Positions 12,175 through 26,212 of a stretch of DNA of 64,000 nucleotides are shown here, in pieces. The stretch spans positions 35,030,001-35,094,000 of the forward strand of contig CATNEN010000038.1 of the NCBI GenBank assembly GCA_950097015.1, given 5' to 3'. Source of the DNA: Macrostomum hystrix. Its lineage: Eukaryota > Animalia > Platyhelminthes. The notes under the pieces were generated by a model that was not told where the DNA came from, did no database searches, and saw only the letters and a list, made by a program, of their open reading frames with translations. The position numbers and the translations under genes were made by a program. How positions within the stretch are numbered: the stretch's first letter is position 1; each line of letters opens with the position of its first letter.

Positions 12175-12518
12175 GGTCCCAGGTCATTTCGGTGACAAGA
12201 CATTTCGGTGACATCGTTTCGGTGACAAAATGGGTCAGTTCGGTGACAACTATTCTTGCACCTGAATATGCTTAGGAAACAGCCTTCCAGTTCCATGTGC
12301 TTAGAAAACAGCCTTCCATGTGAACTACGCACACCTATTAAGTATTATTAAATAATGATGAATAATAATGATTAGTTCACATGGAAGGCTGTTTTCTAAG
12401 CATATTCAGGTGCAAGAATAGTTGTCACCAAACTGACCAATTCCGTCACCGAAACGACTTGAGTTGTCACCGAAATGACTGTCACCGAAATGTCTTGTCA
12501 CCGAAATGACCTGGGACC
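12175..12518. mobile_element. Palindromic MITE, GG...CC ends, 8-bp TSD (Merlin-like or unclassified DNA-8)
   Basis: Long TIRs starting GGTCCCAGGTCATTTCGGTGACAAGACATTTCGGTGACA; subterminal TTCGGTGACA repeats; TSD CTTTAGAC at 12167-12174 and 12519-12526. Confidence 0.9.
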
Positions 12519-14899
12519 CTTTAGACTATGGCAGTTATAAGACATCTTTGAATTTAATAATCTAAGTGTCAAGATTTTTAGTTTCTCTTTTTCATTAGGG
12601 CCTAGTTCTGTTTTATAGCAATAGATAATATCCCAAATAAAATATATCTTTGCATAGGGGCCTATACTTTACCAAGTTAATTATAATGCAACACATAATT
12701 AGCAAACAGATTACTATTGAGACTTCAGAACATTAATAAAGGATTTACAACTCTAAGAGACATTACAAAATAACATTAGGAAAACTACTGCCTTGATTTC
12801 ACTGTTGTTGTCCATTGCAGACCCATTGCATTATGTTTTGGTCTCTTGATTTTTTCATAGTCATAGGCCCAACAAAATGATTTAGACAGTAAAATCAAAT
12901 GGCAATGGATATATTCTCCTACAAAGAAGTTACAGTCATACTATAAATGTAATGTACTAAACAGACACGAACAAAAAACAATGTTACACTGTGACTGTGT
13001 CTGTACCAAGTAGGTGTAAGAGTAGGCCTAGGCTAAGGCTAATGCTGGTACACAGACTTCACAGGAAAATAAATAATATGAACCTCTTATGTTCACTCGA
13101 TACTATTCTTAACACTACGAATCATACCTGAATAAATTAAGATACAAAAAAGGAAGTGTAGGATTGCCCAAAAATGATACTTTAGCTTCGTCATTATCTA
13201 TGCATTGCTATATAAGCAATACTGTATCTATCTATCTTACTGTAAGGTGCAAGGTAAATTATTGTTTCTTAGATACCATCTCGGCGATAGTGCAGTTTCC
13301 CGCTCTAAATTATTTTCACCTTTAGTTTAGTACTCTGTTCAGTACTAAGGGTACTTCTTACTGTACTTACTGTACTTCTTACAGTACTGTACACTGGGTG
13401 CGTTTATTTAACAATAATTTTTTGTAAAGCATGAATAACCACAAAGCTTATTATAAATTAGATAACACAAAATAAATATGCTAACCAAAGTTCTCAATTT
13501 AGCCTGCCTTTGAAAATTTTGTTTTACTTTGATCAATATAAAATTAACCTGGACCGCACATTAAATTAAAGCACAAGCAGCAATAGCCAGTGAATAGCTA
13601 GTTCGTGACTAACTGGATTTTAAATTAAACTTTCTAATCAAGTAAAAGTGCATTATGATAATTATGTAGAATATATATTCGTTAAAAAATTAGTTAGACC
13701 AAGCTGTAGGCTAGCTTTAATATACTGCTTGGTTGCTATTGTGATTCATGATAAAATAACGAAAAGAAATGGAAGATGAATTATTTATGAATGAAAGTTA
13801 TGAAACATCTTAATATTTGTTGTAGCAACATGTTTTGCAAGTTATGTTAAAAGAACAGCATTGTATCTGCTTCAAATAAAAACATCAAAATAAAAAAATG
13901 CAAAATGCATGTGCATTTTTCGTGAAATATAATCCTTTATTAAATTCTCCATGAAACGAAGCGTCGAGTAAAATTCTTCTTCTAGTGGTCCTTGGTTATT
14001 GTGTGCTTGATTTTATTATGCAATTTCAGATGAAAAATTAATTTTTTTTATTTCTCGCGTTCCGCCTCTCGGCGGACCCTTCGAAAATCCTGCTGTGACG
14101 TTGTCACTTGTTGAAGGCATCCCTGCGCCCCTACAATATTACTCTACGCGTTGATTATATGCTTAATTTCCAAATTATGTACTTGCGAGGGCCGTTTTAA
14201 CTCATCGTATAATATTATCCAATTCTGTTAATTTATATTAGTAAGTCAAATTATTAGTGCGCTACTGTCAGTAACCATAAACGTATATCGCGCCACTCTA
14301 GCTATTTACTACGCGTATCGTAATGTATTTTCCCCCCGGCCAATGAGCGTGCGAGCTCTGGTTGGCCGGAAGTATCGATCGCTGTGTTTTTCAATCAGCC
14401 TAGTTTACTTAACCAAGGGCTTCAGGCCCGCTCGCGCTTTACTTTCCTTTCGTGCGGCTTTCTTCCGGCCCGTTCTGCGCTCCACTGGTTCTTTCTTCCT
14501 CACTTTCGTTCTTGCGCTCTTCCGTTATCGCCATTCTCGCTCTTCTACGTTTCGTGCCGTGACTTTTCTCACTCACTACACTCCACTACATTCGGTTCTG
14601 ACACTCACCATTACGAGCTCCTACGCCTTACATTACACCCTGCTTGTCGACGTCCCAGTGCATACGGAATAAAAGTGCTACCGCTACGTCACCAACATTA
14701 CTGACTTTGAATTGCCGAACTTCCAATTGCCGCTGCTCAGACTTCGATTTCGTCCTTTGTGTTTTAATCGTCACACTGCTATGAGGGGAGATTTTGTCTC
14801 AAAAGATCTCAGCGCTGTTCCTGGTCTGAAACTTCTGCCGAGAACTTCACATGCTTTTATCTTTCTTTCTTCCTTCGTCCACTGTCCGCAAAGCTGCTA

Positions 14900-15300
14900 C
14901 AGGCAGCGAGGTCGAGGAGCGCTCAGAGGCGCCCCAGTCTGCGCAGAAGGGGGATCGAGGACTTGCTCAGGTTGTTTTAGGGCCTCGTCCCAGTTGGGAT
15001 AGCGAACGCGGATACCGTCGCCGCGCGGGCACTCGAAAAGGCACCCGACACCTTCACTGCTGCTGTTGAAGCTACGGCCGACATCCTTCCCAAACGCATT
15101 AGGGAGCAAAGGCCATCTGCTGGGATGCTCGCTAGTCGACGAGTCCAAAGTGCCGCTGCTCGCGATGGTCCAGATAGATCCCTCCGCAATGAATTTCAAC
15201 GCATCTACGCTGCCAGAATCAAGTCGTACACCGAAGAAGCCGTTTCTGAAATTAAAGTCGCCACTGACACGTGCAAGCATGCTGCGCTGCATGGCGTTCT
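14900..15300 (-). mobile_element. Possible degraded LINE AP-endonuclease fragment
   Basis: Minus-strand frame contains VSGDFN (APE GDFN motif) in a GC-rich block next to the RT relic; orientation is opposite to that RT. Confidence 0.3.
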
Positions 15301-15559
15301 GTTAACAAGCTGACCTAGACCTAACACGGTCGTTGGAGCTTCCTACCAGAAAGTTCTCATGAACGCTCCGCCTCCTGACACTGGACCTCTTCCGATTCTG
15401 GACTTCACACCGTCTGCTCCAAGTATTTTTAATATTTATTAGGCCCATTTCTGCCACTAGTCCGTCAAGCGTTGGCCACAACACGCTCGGATGACGCAGC
15501 TGGTGTTGACGAAATTCCCCCTCGGGTGCTCAAGCTCCCTGAAGTTCTTGCATGTCATT

Positions 15560-16800
15560 ATTAACTTGCTATAAATAAGCACACCATCCTTGTAGGAAAA
15601 CCCAGAAGCTCACGAACCACGAAAATTCTTTCCATCCCAAAGAAAGGGCCGTCAACTAGCCTTGACAATCAGCGTGGCATCGCTCTACAGTGTACTCTCT
15701 GCAAGCTGCTCAACTCTATCCTTCGAAACCGCTTGCTCCCTGGGCTTGCTCATCTGCTCCTTAGCGTTCAAAGCGGTTTCAGACCAGGAAGATCTACTAC
15801 CGAACAGATCGTCACCCTCCGCATCATCATCAAAGCCGGTATGACTCGTAAAGCCGTCTCAATAGTGCTAGTACAATTCCGGAAGGCTTTTGACTCGGTG
15901 GCTCGCTCGATTATCTGGCCCAGTACGGGGTTCCAGCTGCGCTGATCACTGCTGTCACTGACCTCTTCATGGACACGCGTGCCTTCGTCCAGACTCCTGA
16001 CGGGCCATCGGCCGAATTTGGCACCTGCTCAGGCGTTTTTCAACGTGATACCTTGGCCCCTTTTCTTTTTATCTTGTTCGTCGACTAAACATCCTGCGGT
16101 GCGCGCTAGGGGAAGATGATGGCAACATCATGACCACTCGTCGAGGTCCGCGCCACCCTTCCGTCACCCTTGGTGCACTTGCCATTCGCTGACGACAATG
16201 CTCTCACCTGCAAGGTCCCGTGTGCTGCTCAAAGCGCCGTCACCAGAATTTGCGAAGACGCCGCCCGAGTTGGTCTCGTGGTCCATGCCCGCAAAACCGA
16301 GGTTCTTCACTTGGGAACCAAAAACAGTCCACCGCTAACTCTCCCGAGTGGTGAGCAAATCATGGCCTGCGACGACTATCGCTACCTCAGTTCCCTCGTC
16401 ATGAACCCTGAGACCATCGTCGCCGATCGAAGGACGCAAGCATGGCAAGCTGCCATCAAGCTGCGCCCGAGTTTCTCCCCTGCTGCCCCCCCCGAAAAAT
16501 GAAAGATGAATATTTTAATGCTGCCGCCGAAACCATCCTGCTCTACCGCCCGGAGGCGGTCCCCGTGGCTCCATCGAGGAAAAAAATATCGACGCCTCAC
16601 ACAGAGCCCTTCTTCGCTATGCCATCGGCGTCCAATACCCAGAGACCATCTCCAACCGTAACCTGGCGAGACAGTCGAGCGCTCTGCCGGTCAGCACGAT
16701 TCTCCATAACAGGCGTCAAACCCTCGCTGGTCACGTCCTCCTCAGGCGCTTCAACCGCGGAGAGGCAAACCCGCTTTCCTGGGAAGATAGCGATATGCCC
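15560..16800 (+). mobile_element. Degenerate non-LTR retrotransposon reverse transcriptase (RTE-like)
   Basis: Frameshifted motifs: IPKKG, NQRGIAL, QSGFRPGRSTTEQIVTLRII, QFRKAFDSV, GVFQRDTLAPFLF, FADD, GLVVHARKTE, AAETILLY. The GC-rich body probably extends to about 17330. Confidence 0.85.
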
Positions 16801-18004
16801 GCTCCAGCCAGGATGTTCGACAGCGAGCCATCTGTGAAGCAGTCAATTCGGCCCTGGGCTGCGCGGGCCGGTTGACACCGCGACGTACATTGTGTGGCTC
16901 TCGCGATCTAGTGCTGTTGAAGCCTCGCTTTGGTGCAACCTGGGTGCACCATCTTTTTATGCCGACTTCTTTGGAACAGTTCCCTGGAGAAAGGGGTCCT
17001 TAAAATCTTGGACCTTCCCTCAAACACCTGTTTGAGCACAGTCCTCAACTACATCGAACAACTCAATCGCTTAGGGAACTCCACTTATTTGGGAACAAGC
17101 CATCAAGGGGACCCCCAGGCATTCGTGCCACCCAGGTAACGAACTGGCAAACAGTCTTGCCATTCGACGGGGTGGCTTTTCGCCCCCTGCCTGCTAAGGA
17201 GGACCCGCCGTGGATGCCGGCATCGCAATCGCCTGATCCCCCAGCGCGACACCGCAGCTCTAGTTGCCCCTGGTCGCCAGGCACTACAGCGGAACGGGTG
17301 ATGCCTTCTGCAGCTAAGTCAATTAAGTAACTGCTTGCGTTTAGTCACTGAATAGGTAGCATCTGTACATTCGCATTACAGTACATTACAGTTACTCCGA
17401 CCTGGGGTGTCAAAAGGCAGCATGAAAAGTAAAAAAGTAAATTGCAAATGAAAAATTATTTTTTTAAATACAGCTGCGGCAGATAATATGGAAATTCAGG
17501 ACGCGAAATGTATTTTTAGAAACAATTATTTTTTCTGACTTAAAAGGACGTAGCTTTATTGCACTACCTGGGCTCATCGCGTGGGTTTGCGAGAAATTGC
17601 TACATGGGCAAAAATTCGATGCAGTTTGGATAAGAAAATGCCGATGATTCATTGTGGTGATAAACGAATGCAGAAGAATAGACTACCTAGCATCTCTGTC
17701 TATTGAGCTCGTTGCTCATGCATGACAACTACCCGCAGCTTCTATGACGCGGGCTTCCATGCAGGGATATCAAACCCCTAGTTGCTTTACATTAACTGAT
17801 ATTATCAGGGACTGTGGCAGCATGAGTTTGGATTGAGCATTGAGATAAATGACAATCAGCCAGTGCTCGGAAGTTTTTATAGATTTTATTAATCGCTTGA
17901 GTCAGATAATTTAACGACTTCTTCGTTCAGCTTCTTTGTTAGTTTTAGTTGCAAAACGTGTAGCAACACGCGTTACTGTTGTAAACATATAGAACTAAAC
18001 TGTC

Positions 18005-19227
18005 ATGCATCCAAGCTGTTTCATAATTCTTGGCATTCTCGCCTGTTCTGTGTCGGTGACGAATGCAAACAGTCTCAGACAGTTCACTCTGTGGCTCAGC
18101 AGACAATGCCCGAGTCCCGCCGAGCAGCTGTCACGTCAGCAGCAACTGTCCATCATACAAGATTTTGATTCTGCCAGCCGCTGCTCGATGCTCTGTGTCA
18201 TGACAACTGACTGTCGAGGTGTATGTCTGCAACCGCTGCAGCCTGGTGTCTCTGGTAAGGAAGATGACTGCCTACTATTTGAAATGAGCAAGTTTATCAG
18301 CAGCACCGGCGTGCAAACTCTCGACTGTTCGACAAATTATCCTAGAGGCTGCTTCATCACTCACGGTGAGTCGAGACATGACATGTATCCGTGTATCATG
18401 TATCACCTGTATCCGTGATAAGGAACTCATCATAAAGCGAAACACGCTCGTATAACAATATCTTGTTTCGACAAGCTCAGAGTCTAATAATCTACTGTGC
18501 AACGCTCCGACTAAAGGTGACTTTGGATATGGAGCTGAAACTCGTGCATTCAGAGACCTGGCATGATAATGCGAAATTAACGAACTCTCACGAGATTGTA
18601 GAAGTTTTGCGAAGTTTATAATCAGAAATGACATCAAATACCTAATACAACTATAATAAAAAAATGATTGTCTAGATTTTCTACGATGGAACTATGAGTA
18701 TATACTTACTAATGGACCGATCAGCTACACTTGGCCATTTCTGTATATCTAATAGCTCCTGTATCTCTATTAATGTCTACTAATGCAATTATATCCATCT
18801 AGATTTCCTCCCGATGGTGAGCTGCGAACAAAGCAGCGTTGACTACTCGGCCACTTGCAACTACGCTATGGATGGTCTGCTGATCCAGACGTTTTTCAAC
18901 TGGATCAATAACGTACGCGTTCCACGCTGCACGCACACGAAAGTGACGAACAATCGTTGGTGGCGAGCCACACTGACCGATCGAGCTCTAGTGACCAGCA
19001 TCACACTCTACAATCGTTTAGATTGCTGCGCTGATCGTCTGGACAACTTTTACATCACCATCGACGGCCAGAAGTGCGTCGATTTCTCATTGAATGGCTC
19101 GCAGCCATTTGCTGTGCGCAGCTTCGACTGCTACAAAGTTGGCACCACATTGCAGCTGACCATTCCAAGTTACGGCGAGCTCACCCTCTGCGAGGTGCAG
19201 GCCTGGGGTTATGTAACCAACGACTGA
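18005..19227 (+). CDS. Secreted PAN/apple-like + F-type (fucose-binding) lectin, copy 1 (261 aa)
   Basis: Exons 18005-18365 (G|GTGAGT) and 18803-19227 (TAG|AT) join in frame. Signal peptide; PAN-like CSMLCVMTTDCRG...CLLF; AMDG calcium motif; exact H-x26-RxD-x4-R fucose motif (HTKV...YNRLDCCADR); LTLCEVQAWG. Confidence 0.9.
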
Positions 19228-19789
19228 GTCAAGGAATCGGACCATAGACTATTTATATATTAAGTGACCAACTCTCTGCGTCGGCTATTAGCTGAAAAAT
19301 AAGCTTAAGGACTGAATCATGAAATCGCATCACCACAGACTGTAAACGTGACAAAATGTTTGCATTGGCTATTCGTTGAACATTTTATCTGAGTGACTGT
19401 GTGTCGCCCGTGAATCAAATAGAAAAAGGTATGTTGAACAATGTCTAAAAAATCTTGATCAATCGCCCATTTTACACGCTGCAAAGATAATTTGATCCTA
19501 ATAATATGCGTCGAGCGATCTGTTCTTCATATTTTATGAAGAACGACGAAAGGCGAAGGTAAGAAACGATGATAAAAATCTATTTTTTCCATACGTCTAT
19601 CGTCTTTGTTTTCTATTGTATTTCTCTTTTTAGTTTTTATTTTCCTTTGATATAATTATCAACTTATTATTACAACCCTAAAAAGCTCAAAATATATATT
19701 AGCCAATGAGCTCCTTTTGCGCCCAGTTTCTCAGCTATATTAAAAGAATAACTGGTGTCATTTTTTGTTTCTAACTCTAAGAGACATAA

Positions 19790-21330
19790 TACTCTCCGAG
19801 AATACTGAGGAGAAGCCGACGTCCGACAAGGTGGCGGAATCATCGCTCTGCCTCGGATACTTAAAAGCTCAGTCTCCAGTTTCGCCCAGGCTTCTGGAGC
19901 ATCCAGCTCTCTCCCGGCGGGACTTCCCGGTATGTGTGGAAACTCCAACGACAGCGGGAGGCCCCCTTGGCGCTCTTTCACGACGGCGGCCAAGAGGCAG
20001 CTGGCCTTAGTCAGGTCCGATGTCAGGAGACGCCCCAATCAGCCGGACAGCTCGACCAGATTTGGAATGGGTTGGATTCCCACCTGGTCAGATTAGAGTG
20101 GCATTGAGCGGCCCTGTTCTGCCATGAAGACTGAAGAGCAACGTCAAGGACCAAGGCCTCTGCGTTCAGCCTGCTGACGTACCAGTCCAGACTCGACTAG
20201 CTCGAACGAGCTGCTGAAAACCCTCGACAAGGGTTCGGAACTAGGCGTCCTCTACAGGGAGGACGAGTGTGACCCAAGACGCATTGAAATCGTGTTTGGA
20301 TTCCGGCTCGCAGCGCCATCACCTAACGCCGAGGAGCTACACCACCAGCTGTTGGCAATCGATATGGATTTGCCGACAAATGGCGTCGTGGTTCATGTGA
20401 TCATCACCAGGACGGCTGGAGATGCTTTCATGGTTTTCCTAGGATTGTCGGACAACTGGACACTCCGCTGCCAGACACTTCTTTCATCAGCGCGTACCTA
20501 TCGAATGAAATTGTTTAGCTTCGGGTCGCTCGCTGCCTCTGGAAAAGCGGACAGGGACAAACAGGACCTATGCCAGGCCAAAGCGCCCTGGAAACAAGAC
20601 TCCTGGGCGTCATGACCACTCCGAGGACTCGGATCCTTCAGGGGAAAGCCACGAGAGCCACAGCGTCAGGTGGACACGATCGGAAACCCACAAGGCAACA
20701 CAAAACACAAAAGGCAAAATTTACCGGTTCTTTGGCCTCCTCTGCAATCTTTCCAGGGCCTACATCTGCTTTGGGTACATACCCAAAGAAAGGTAGACTA
20801 GCATTCCATCAAATTGTTCAGCCAGATCGGCGCTTTCTTCACGTTGAGCTCAGGAACTCTCTGCTCTCCGCCCACCAGCATGACTTTCAGTCTGGACGAT
20901 CAAACTGATAAGCTAGAGCACGCTGTGCTTCACACTGGAAACGCGCTTTTCTTCGCCTAGAGGGTGCCTTTGACAATGTACTATTTTAAACATTTAGGCA
21001 AGCCCTGCATCCACTGGATCATGCTCATGATCTCTCACCGAACTGCCAATCGTACCTCATCGGCCACTCCCGCTTTATGGAAGTCCAGAAGGAGTACAAC
21101 AAGGTCGCGTTCTTAGCCCGATCCTTTGGAAGCTCGTTATGGAAGAGCAGCAGCCCTGACCCAGAACCAGTCTAGAAAATCAGTTGTGCTGACAATGTTA
21201 CCGCCACGGTGACTGGACCGTCACCAATGGTCCTTAGAGACCTCTTTCATCCATATATTGCCGAACGCTGAGGCATTAAAATGTACTAGTCCAGAACCGT
21301 TGCCATCATATTCACTAGGCCTTACATCAA
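19790..21330 (+). mobile_element. Heavily degraded non-LTR retrotransposon (R1/LOA-type RT)
   Basis: HQHDFQSGRS (20872-20902), AFLRLEGAFDNV (20945-20980, cf. FLDIEGAFDNV), SPILW-like and ADN motifs; many stops. Boundaries approximate. Confidence 0.6.
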
Positions 21331-22250
21331 GCCTTAGCAAATACTCACTATAGACTGGCAGGGGCCATGATAAACCATTGGCAATTCAATAATAGAGACT
21401 GCAGCGCCCATGGAAGCAGTGCTGAACAGTGCAATGGTATTGAATAAAAGAGAGCGAGGCATGCATGCAAGTGCACTAGTAAGTCAGCCCCTACAAGGTT
21501 TTCATCCGATTCCGACATTCTGACACTTAAAAAGCGCTTCAGACAGCTTGGATACTTTTTCGACACTTGTCGAAAGATTTTTGACAAACCTGTTTGCAAT
21601 CTGTTTATGCAGCCTGCATGAGGGTAAATGTTTTTCGAAAAAATTTAAGTAACTGCTAAAAGCAATCGCAGCGAATAAGAGATCCATGACGCCAAAAATC
21701 TTTTTTTGAGGAACAATTGTTGTCTCATTAAAAAAACCTGCATTAGCAGGCAAGTACGAAGTAAAAAAGACAATGCACCTACGCTTTTAGGATGAGAAAA
21801 TGCTTGATTTTTTGCGGCGTTAAAAATTTTTTCCAGTCGGCATGCAAATGCGAGAAGAAAAATAGACAATGGTAAATCTTCATGCTGAGCTTGCTTCTCA
21901 TGCATGGAGCAGCTATCAGCAGCTTAATTATGTGATTTAAGCTTGCAGGTATCAAACCCAATTTGGCTTTCACAAAGGGAAAATATCAGTGCTGAGGCTG
22001 CGAGCGGTTGGAATCAGCATCCGACCAGCCGGTGCAGCGGGTCAGAAATTTTTGCGAATGCATCAATCGCTTGAGTCAACAGTTTAATTTCACACAGCCT
22101 AGTTTCCTCAGTTAATTTTGCGAAGCACAGATGCGAAACGGCTCTGGGACTTTTTTTTCAAGATTGTCTGCACTATAAATTATAATTCCGCTATCACACC
22201 TGGCAAAAGCCACGCGATACTGAATTGTAAACATACAGAACTAAACTGTC

Positions 22251-23472
22251 ATGCATCCAAGTTGTTTCATAATTCTTGGCATTCTCGCCTGTTCTGTGTC
22301 GGTGACGAATGCAAACAATCTCAGACAGTTCACTCTGTGGCTCGGCAGACAATGCCCGAGTCCCGCCGAGCAGCTGTCACGTCAGCAGCAACTGTCCATC
22401 ATACAAGATTTTGATTCTGCCAGCCGCTGCTCGATGCTCTGTGTCATGACAACTGACTGTCGAGGTGTATGTCTGCAACCGCTGCAGCCTGGTGTCTCTG
22501 GTAAGGAAGATGACTGCCTACTATTTGAAATGAGCAAGTTTATCAGCAGCACCGGCGTGCAAACTCTCGACTGTTCGACAAATTATCCTAGAGGCTGCTT
22601 CATCACTCACGGTGAGTCGAGACATGACATGTATCCGTGTATCATGTATCACCTGTATCCGTGATAAGGAACTCATCACATAAAGCTAAATGTAACACAA
22701 TATCTTGTTTTTGACAAGCTCAGAGTCTAATTATATCAGTGCAACGCTCCGACTAAAGGTGACTGGATATGGAGCTGAAACTCGTGCATTCAGAGACCTG
22801 GCATGATGATGCGAAATTAACGGGATTCTCATGAGATTGCTGAAGTTTTGCGAAAACTATCTATAGCTAGCAATGACATCAAATACCTAGTACAGCAATA
22901 ATAAAAAAATGGGTGTCTAGATTTTCTACGATGGAACTATGAGTATATACTTACTAATGGACCGATCAGCTACACTTGGCCATTTCTGTATATCTAATAG
23001 CTCCTGTATCTCTATTAATGTCTACTAATGCAATTATATCCATCTAGATTTCCTCCCGATGGTGAGCTGCGAACAAAGCAGCGTTGACTACTCGGCCACT
23101 TGCAACTACGCTATGGATGGTCTGCTGATCCAGACGTTTTTCAACTGGATCAATAACGTACGCGTTCCACGCTGCACGCACACGAAAGTGACGAACAATC
23201 GTTGGTGGCGAGCCACACTGACCGATCGAGCTCTAGTGACCAGCATCACACTCTACAATCGTTTAGATTGCTGCGCTGATCGTCTGGACAACTTTTACAT
23301 CACCATCGACGGCCAGAAGTGCGTCGATTTCTCATTGAATGGCTCGCAGCCATTTGCTGTGCGCAGCTTCGACTGCTACAAAGTTGGCACCACATTGCAG
23401 CTGACCATTCCAAGTTACGGCGAGCTCACCCTCTGCGAGGTGCAGGCCTGGGGATTTGTAACCAACGACTGA
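22251..23472 (+). CDS. Secreted PAN/apple-like + F-type lectin, copy 2 (261 aa)
   Basis: Exons 22251-22611 and 23048-23472; only 3 amino-acid differences from copy 1 (S>N, S>G, Y>F); fucose motif intact. Confidence 0.9.
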
Positions 23473-23949
23473 CTCAAAGAATCGGACCATAGACTATATT
23501 AAGTGATGCACTGTAACGACAGCTGTTATCTGAAAAAGAAGCTGATCGAATCAATCATGAAATCGCTTCACCATAGACTATAAAACGTGACGAACTCTCA
23601 CCGTCGGCTGTTTAATTAAATATTGTTAGAATAATTGAACGCATTATTATCAATAGTAATGTATTCTTATATAACCTTTACGAACGGAAGATACGGCGAC
23701 AGACGTGTAGCATGTTTCTTAATGTTCCCTTCAGTTATATATATTTAGCTAGGTAGTTATAGCTGGATCTGAAAACAAATTGTATCTATAAATAGTTCTT
23801 TAATTTTCTGGTTTCTTTCTCATAATTATTTTCCTTAAATATCGGAATGAGCTTCTTGTAAGAACTCTGAAAACTGAATAAATCTGCTTTCCATTAACCG
23901 TTTTCGCGCGGTCATTGCTCTTAATTTCTCAGCAATATGCTAGGATTTA

Positions 23950-24900
23950 CATGTACATCATTTAATAGCTGTTTAGTGAGCATAGCTGATGCTTGTGCAC
24001 ATGTAACATCGAGCCAACTTAAGACTGCTGCGCAGTCAGGACCGCCCACACCTGGCTTCACCGCTGCCACGCACGCTTCTGGATGGTAGTCTGTTTCTGA
24101 GCTCGATCGTAACATCGTAAAAAAAGTTACGCCACCCGGTAGTCTACGCTGGAGCTAGTCTATATACAGTCTCAAAATAGAGGCCACGTCAAATGTCAAA
24201 TGACGCCAGAGCTGAAAATCCGGCGCAGCCTTCTCGTCATGCGAGTTCTCTCCCTCTTCGGATGTCGTCATACACGATGGGCACCAGACCATCTAGGTAG
24301 GCGAACCACTGGCAGCGTGCGAACGCGGTCGTCGGCTGGCACAGTCAGCACACCTCAGTCTTTAATCTGTTGACAAATCGAATGACAATCAGAATTCCGC
24401 AACCACGACTAACCTGTCGATCTTGAGCTATGCAGCTTCAACTAAAGAGGGTACACTAGGGCGTGGACCTTAGCGTGGCTAAGAACGCTTAACAAGCGTT
24501 ATATGATGAAACCAACGGGATCGATATGGTTAAATGCGAGCGCTGCCTCTCAAGCCTCTCATTCTCCCTGAGGCACAGCCGCCCTAGGCTAGAGATAGCT
24601 TGTTAGCTGAGTTGTAGCCCGATTGGCGATGATGCCATGGTCGATCCTATAGATTGTTTACAGCCAGCTTGGTGGTTCTAAGATAGGCAAACTATGCCAC
24701 CACCCTTTCGGTTCTAGCTAGATTTCATGACTAAACCTTATCGAGGGCCCACGTGTTGCTACGACCATTGTTTAGACCAATAAGAGAGAGAATACGGAAT
24801 ATTATTCCGGCACACTACTTCCGTCGATCCCGTTACATTAAAGTAAACGCTGATTACTGATAAACGCTGATTTTATAGCAGAAGGATAATACTGGCAGGC
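23950..24900 (-). mobile_element. Probable degraded LINE (CR1/L2-like) endonuclease region
   Basis: Minus-strand remnants in APE order: VYFN, NRKGGGIV, LVVVAEF, SETDYH; no intact frame. Confidence 0.35.
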
Positions 24901-25766
24901 TCACCATTGAGCCTGGAAGCAAGAAGCAGGAAACAACCATTGTCTTCATAGCACCGGTTCGAGTTACGATCCATAATAAATGTGGAGGCAATGATAAATC
25001 AATTGCATTGTTTCAATTTCGTACACATGCGATAAAGCTCTGCGTATATAGAAACGCTTGTAAGCCGTTTTTCTGCTCCCTGCCAACATGTAAGGCGGGG
25101 AATGCAGGTTCCAGGTTAAATTTAGTGCATCGATTTTAAAGGCAATGGCTGTTTCAAAGGGTTTTAGACAAAAGGGATCGATTCGGTTAAGGTTGTCCAA
25201 TTTTTGAGACGGAATTACGTGTTTAGTATTTTATTTGCCGAAACATTATGAATTTTATTGTTTCCAAGAACTATAAAATCTATTTATTCTTCTCCTGTGA
25301 GATAGGCCTATCCTCCTAATTTTTATCATACAGCCGTACCTTATCTTATGAGCTAACATGTATAGGAATTACTTTTGACCTCGAGTTTTTGTGTGATTGC
25401 TTTGCGTTTAAATTAAGTCAAAATAGTTTGAATTTGGCAAATACTGCTGCAAAATAAAGTAAATACATTCATACTGCAATTTTCACAGATAAATGCTAGA
25501 ATACTTAATGCATTATGGTGTCTTTGTGTATAAATTTCCAATTAATTTAAGTAAATAGTGTTTATTATTTTTATTTAATTTCTAGAATTGTGATAGGCCT
25601 AATATATAGTGTGGTAGACAAAGCTTGTCTAGAAATTAGAGTTGTAGGCCCTAAAATGTATTTTCCATGATCTTAATAATATTACTTGTTAAAAAATTAA
25701 AACTGAATTTTAGAACTGTGCTAAACTAACTAAGCTAATCTAACTTAACTTCAAAGTATTTTGGCC

Positions 25767-26212
25767 GGTTCCTAGACACTTTGTCATCTTACAACTTTGT
25801 CCTCTTACAACTTTGTCATCCACTTGGAAGGTAGGACACTTCGTCATCTAGTCAATTGGCATGCTTTAAAGTTTGGTCAGTTCGTCATCTACTAATATTA
25901 ATAACAAGCAATCAAGTTCGTCATCAATCAAGTGAGGGTGGGGTGGTGGGGCAGAGGTGTGAACACACTTCACACTCTAAATTGTCAAAAAGAGGTGTCA
26001 AAACTGATTTCATTATAAGTGTTGAAAGATAGGTGCCAAGACTATGTGAGGAGGGGTGGGGAGGGGTGTTTCTTTTCTAACTTTGAAAACTTTTGTTTTA
26101 TAGATGACAAAGTGTCCTCAAGTCTAAGTCTCTTTGTCATCCACCCTCTAAGATATTCGACAGATCATCATCTGGATGACGAAGTTGTAAGATGACAAAG
26201 TGTCCAGGTACC
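25767..26212. mobile_element. MITE, GG...CC ends, 8-bp TSD (related terminal motif to 12175-12518)
   Basis: TIRs GGTTCCTAGACACTTTGTCATCTTACAACTT / AAGTTGTAAGATGACAAAGTGTCCAGGTACC; TSD TTTTGGCC at 25759-25766 and 26213-26220; subterminal GTCATC repeats. Confidence 0.9.

Noticed and set aside
18366-18418. Separate 137-aa ORFs as four independent genes
   Set aside because: They are exon read-throughs; GT-AG sites join them in frame into two 261-aa genes.
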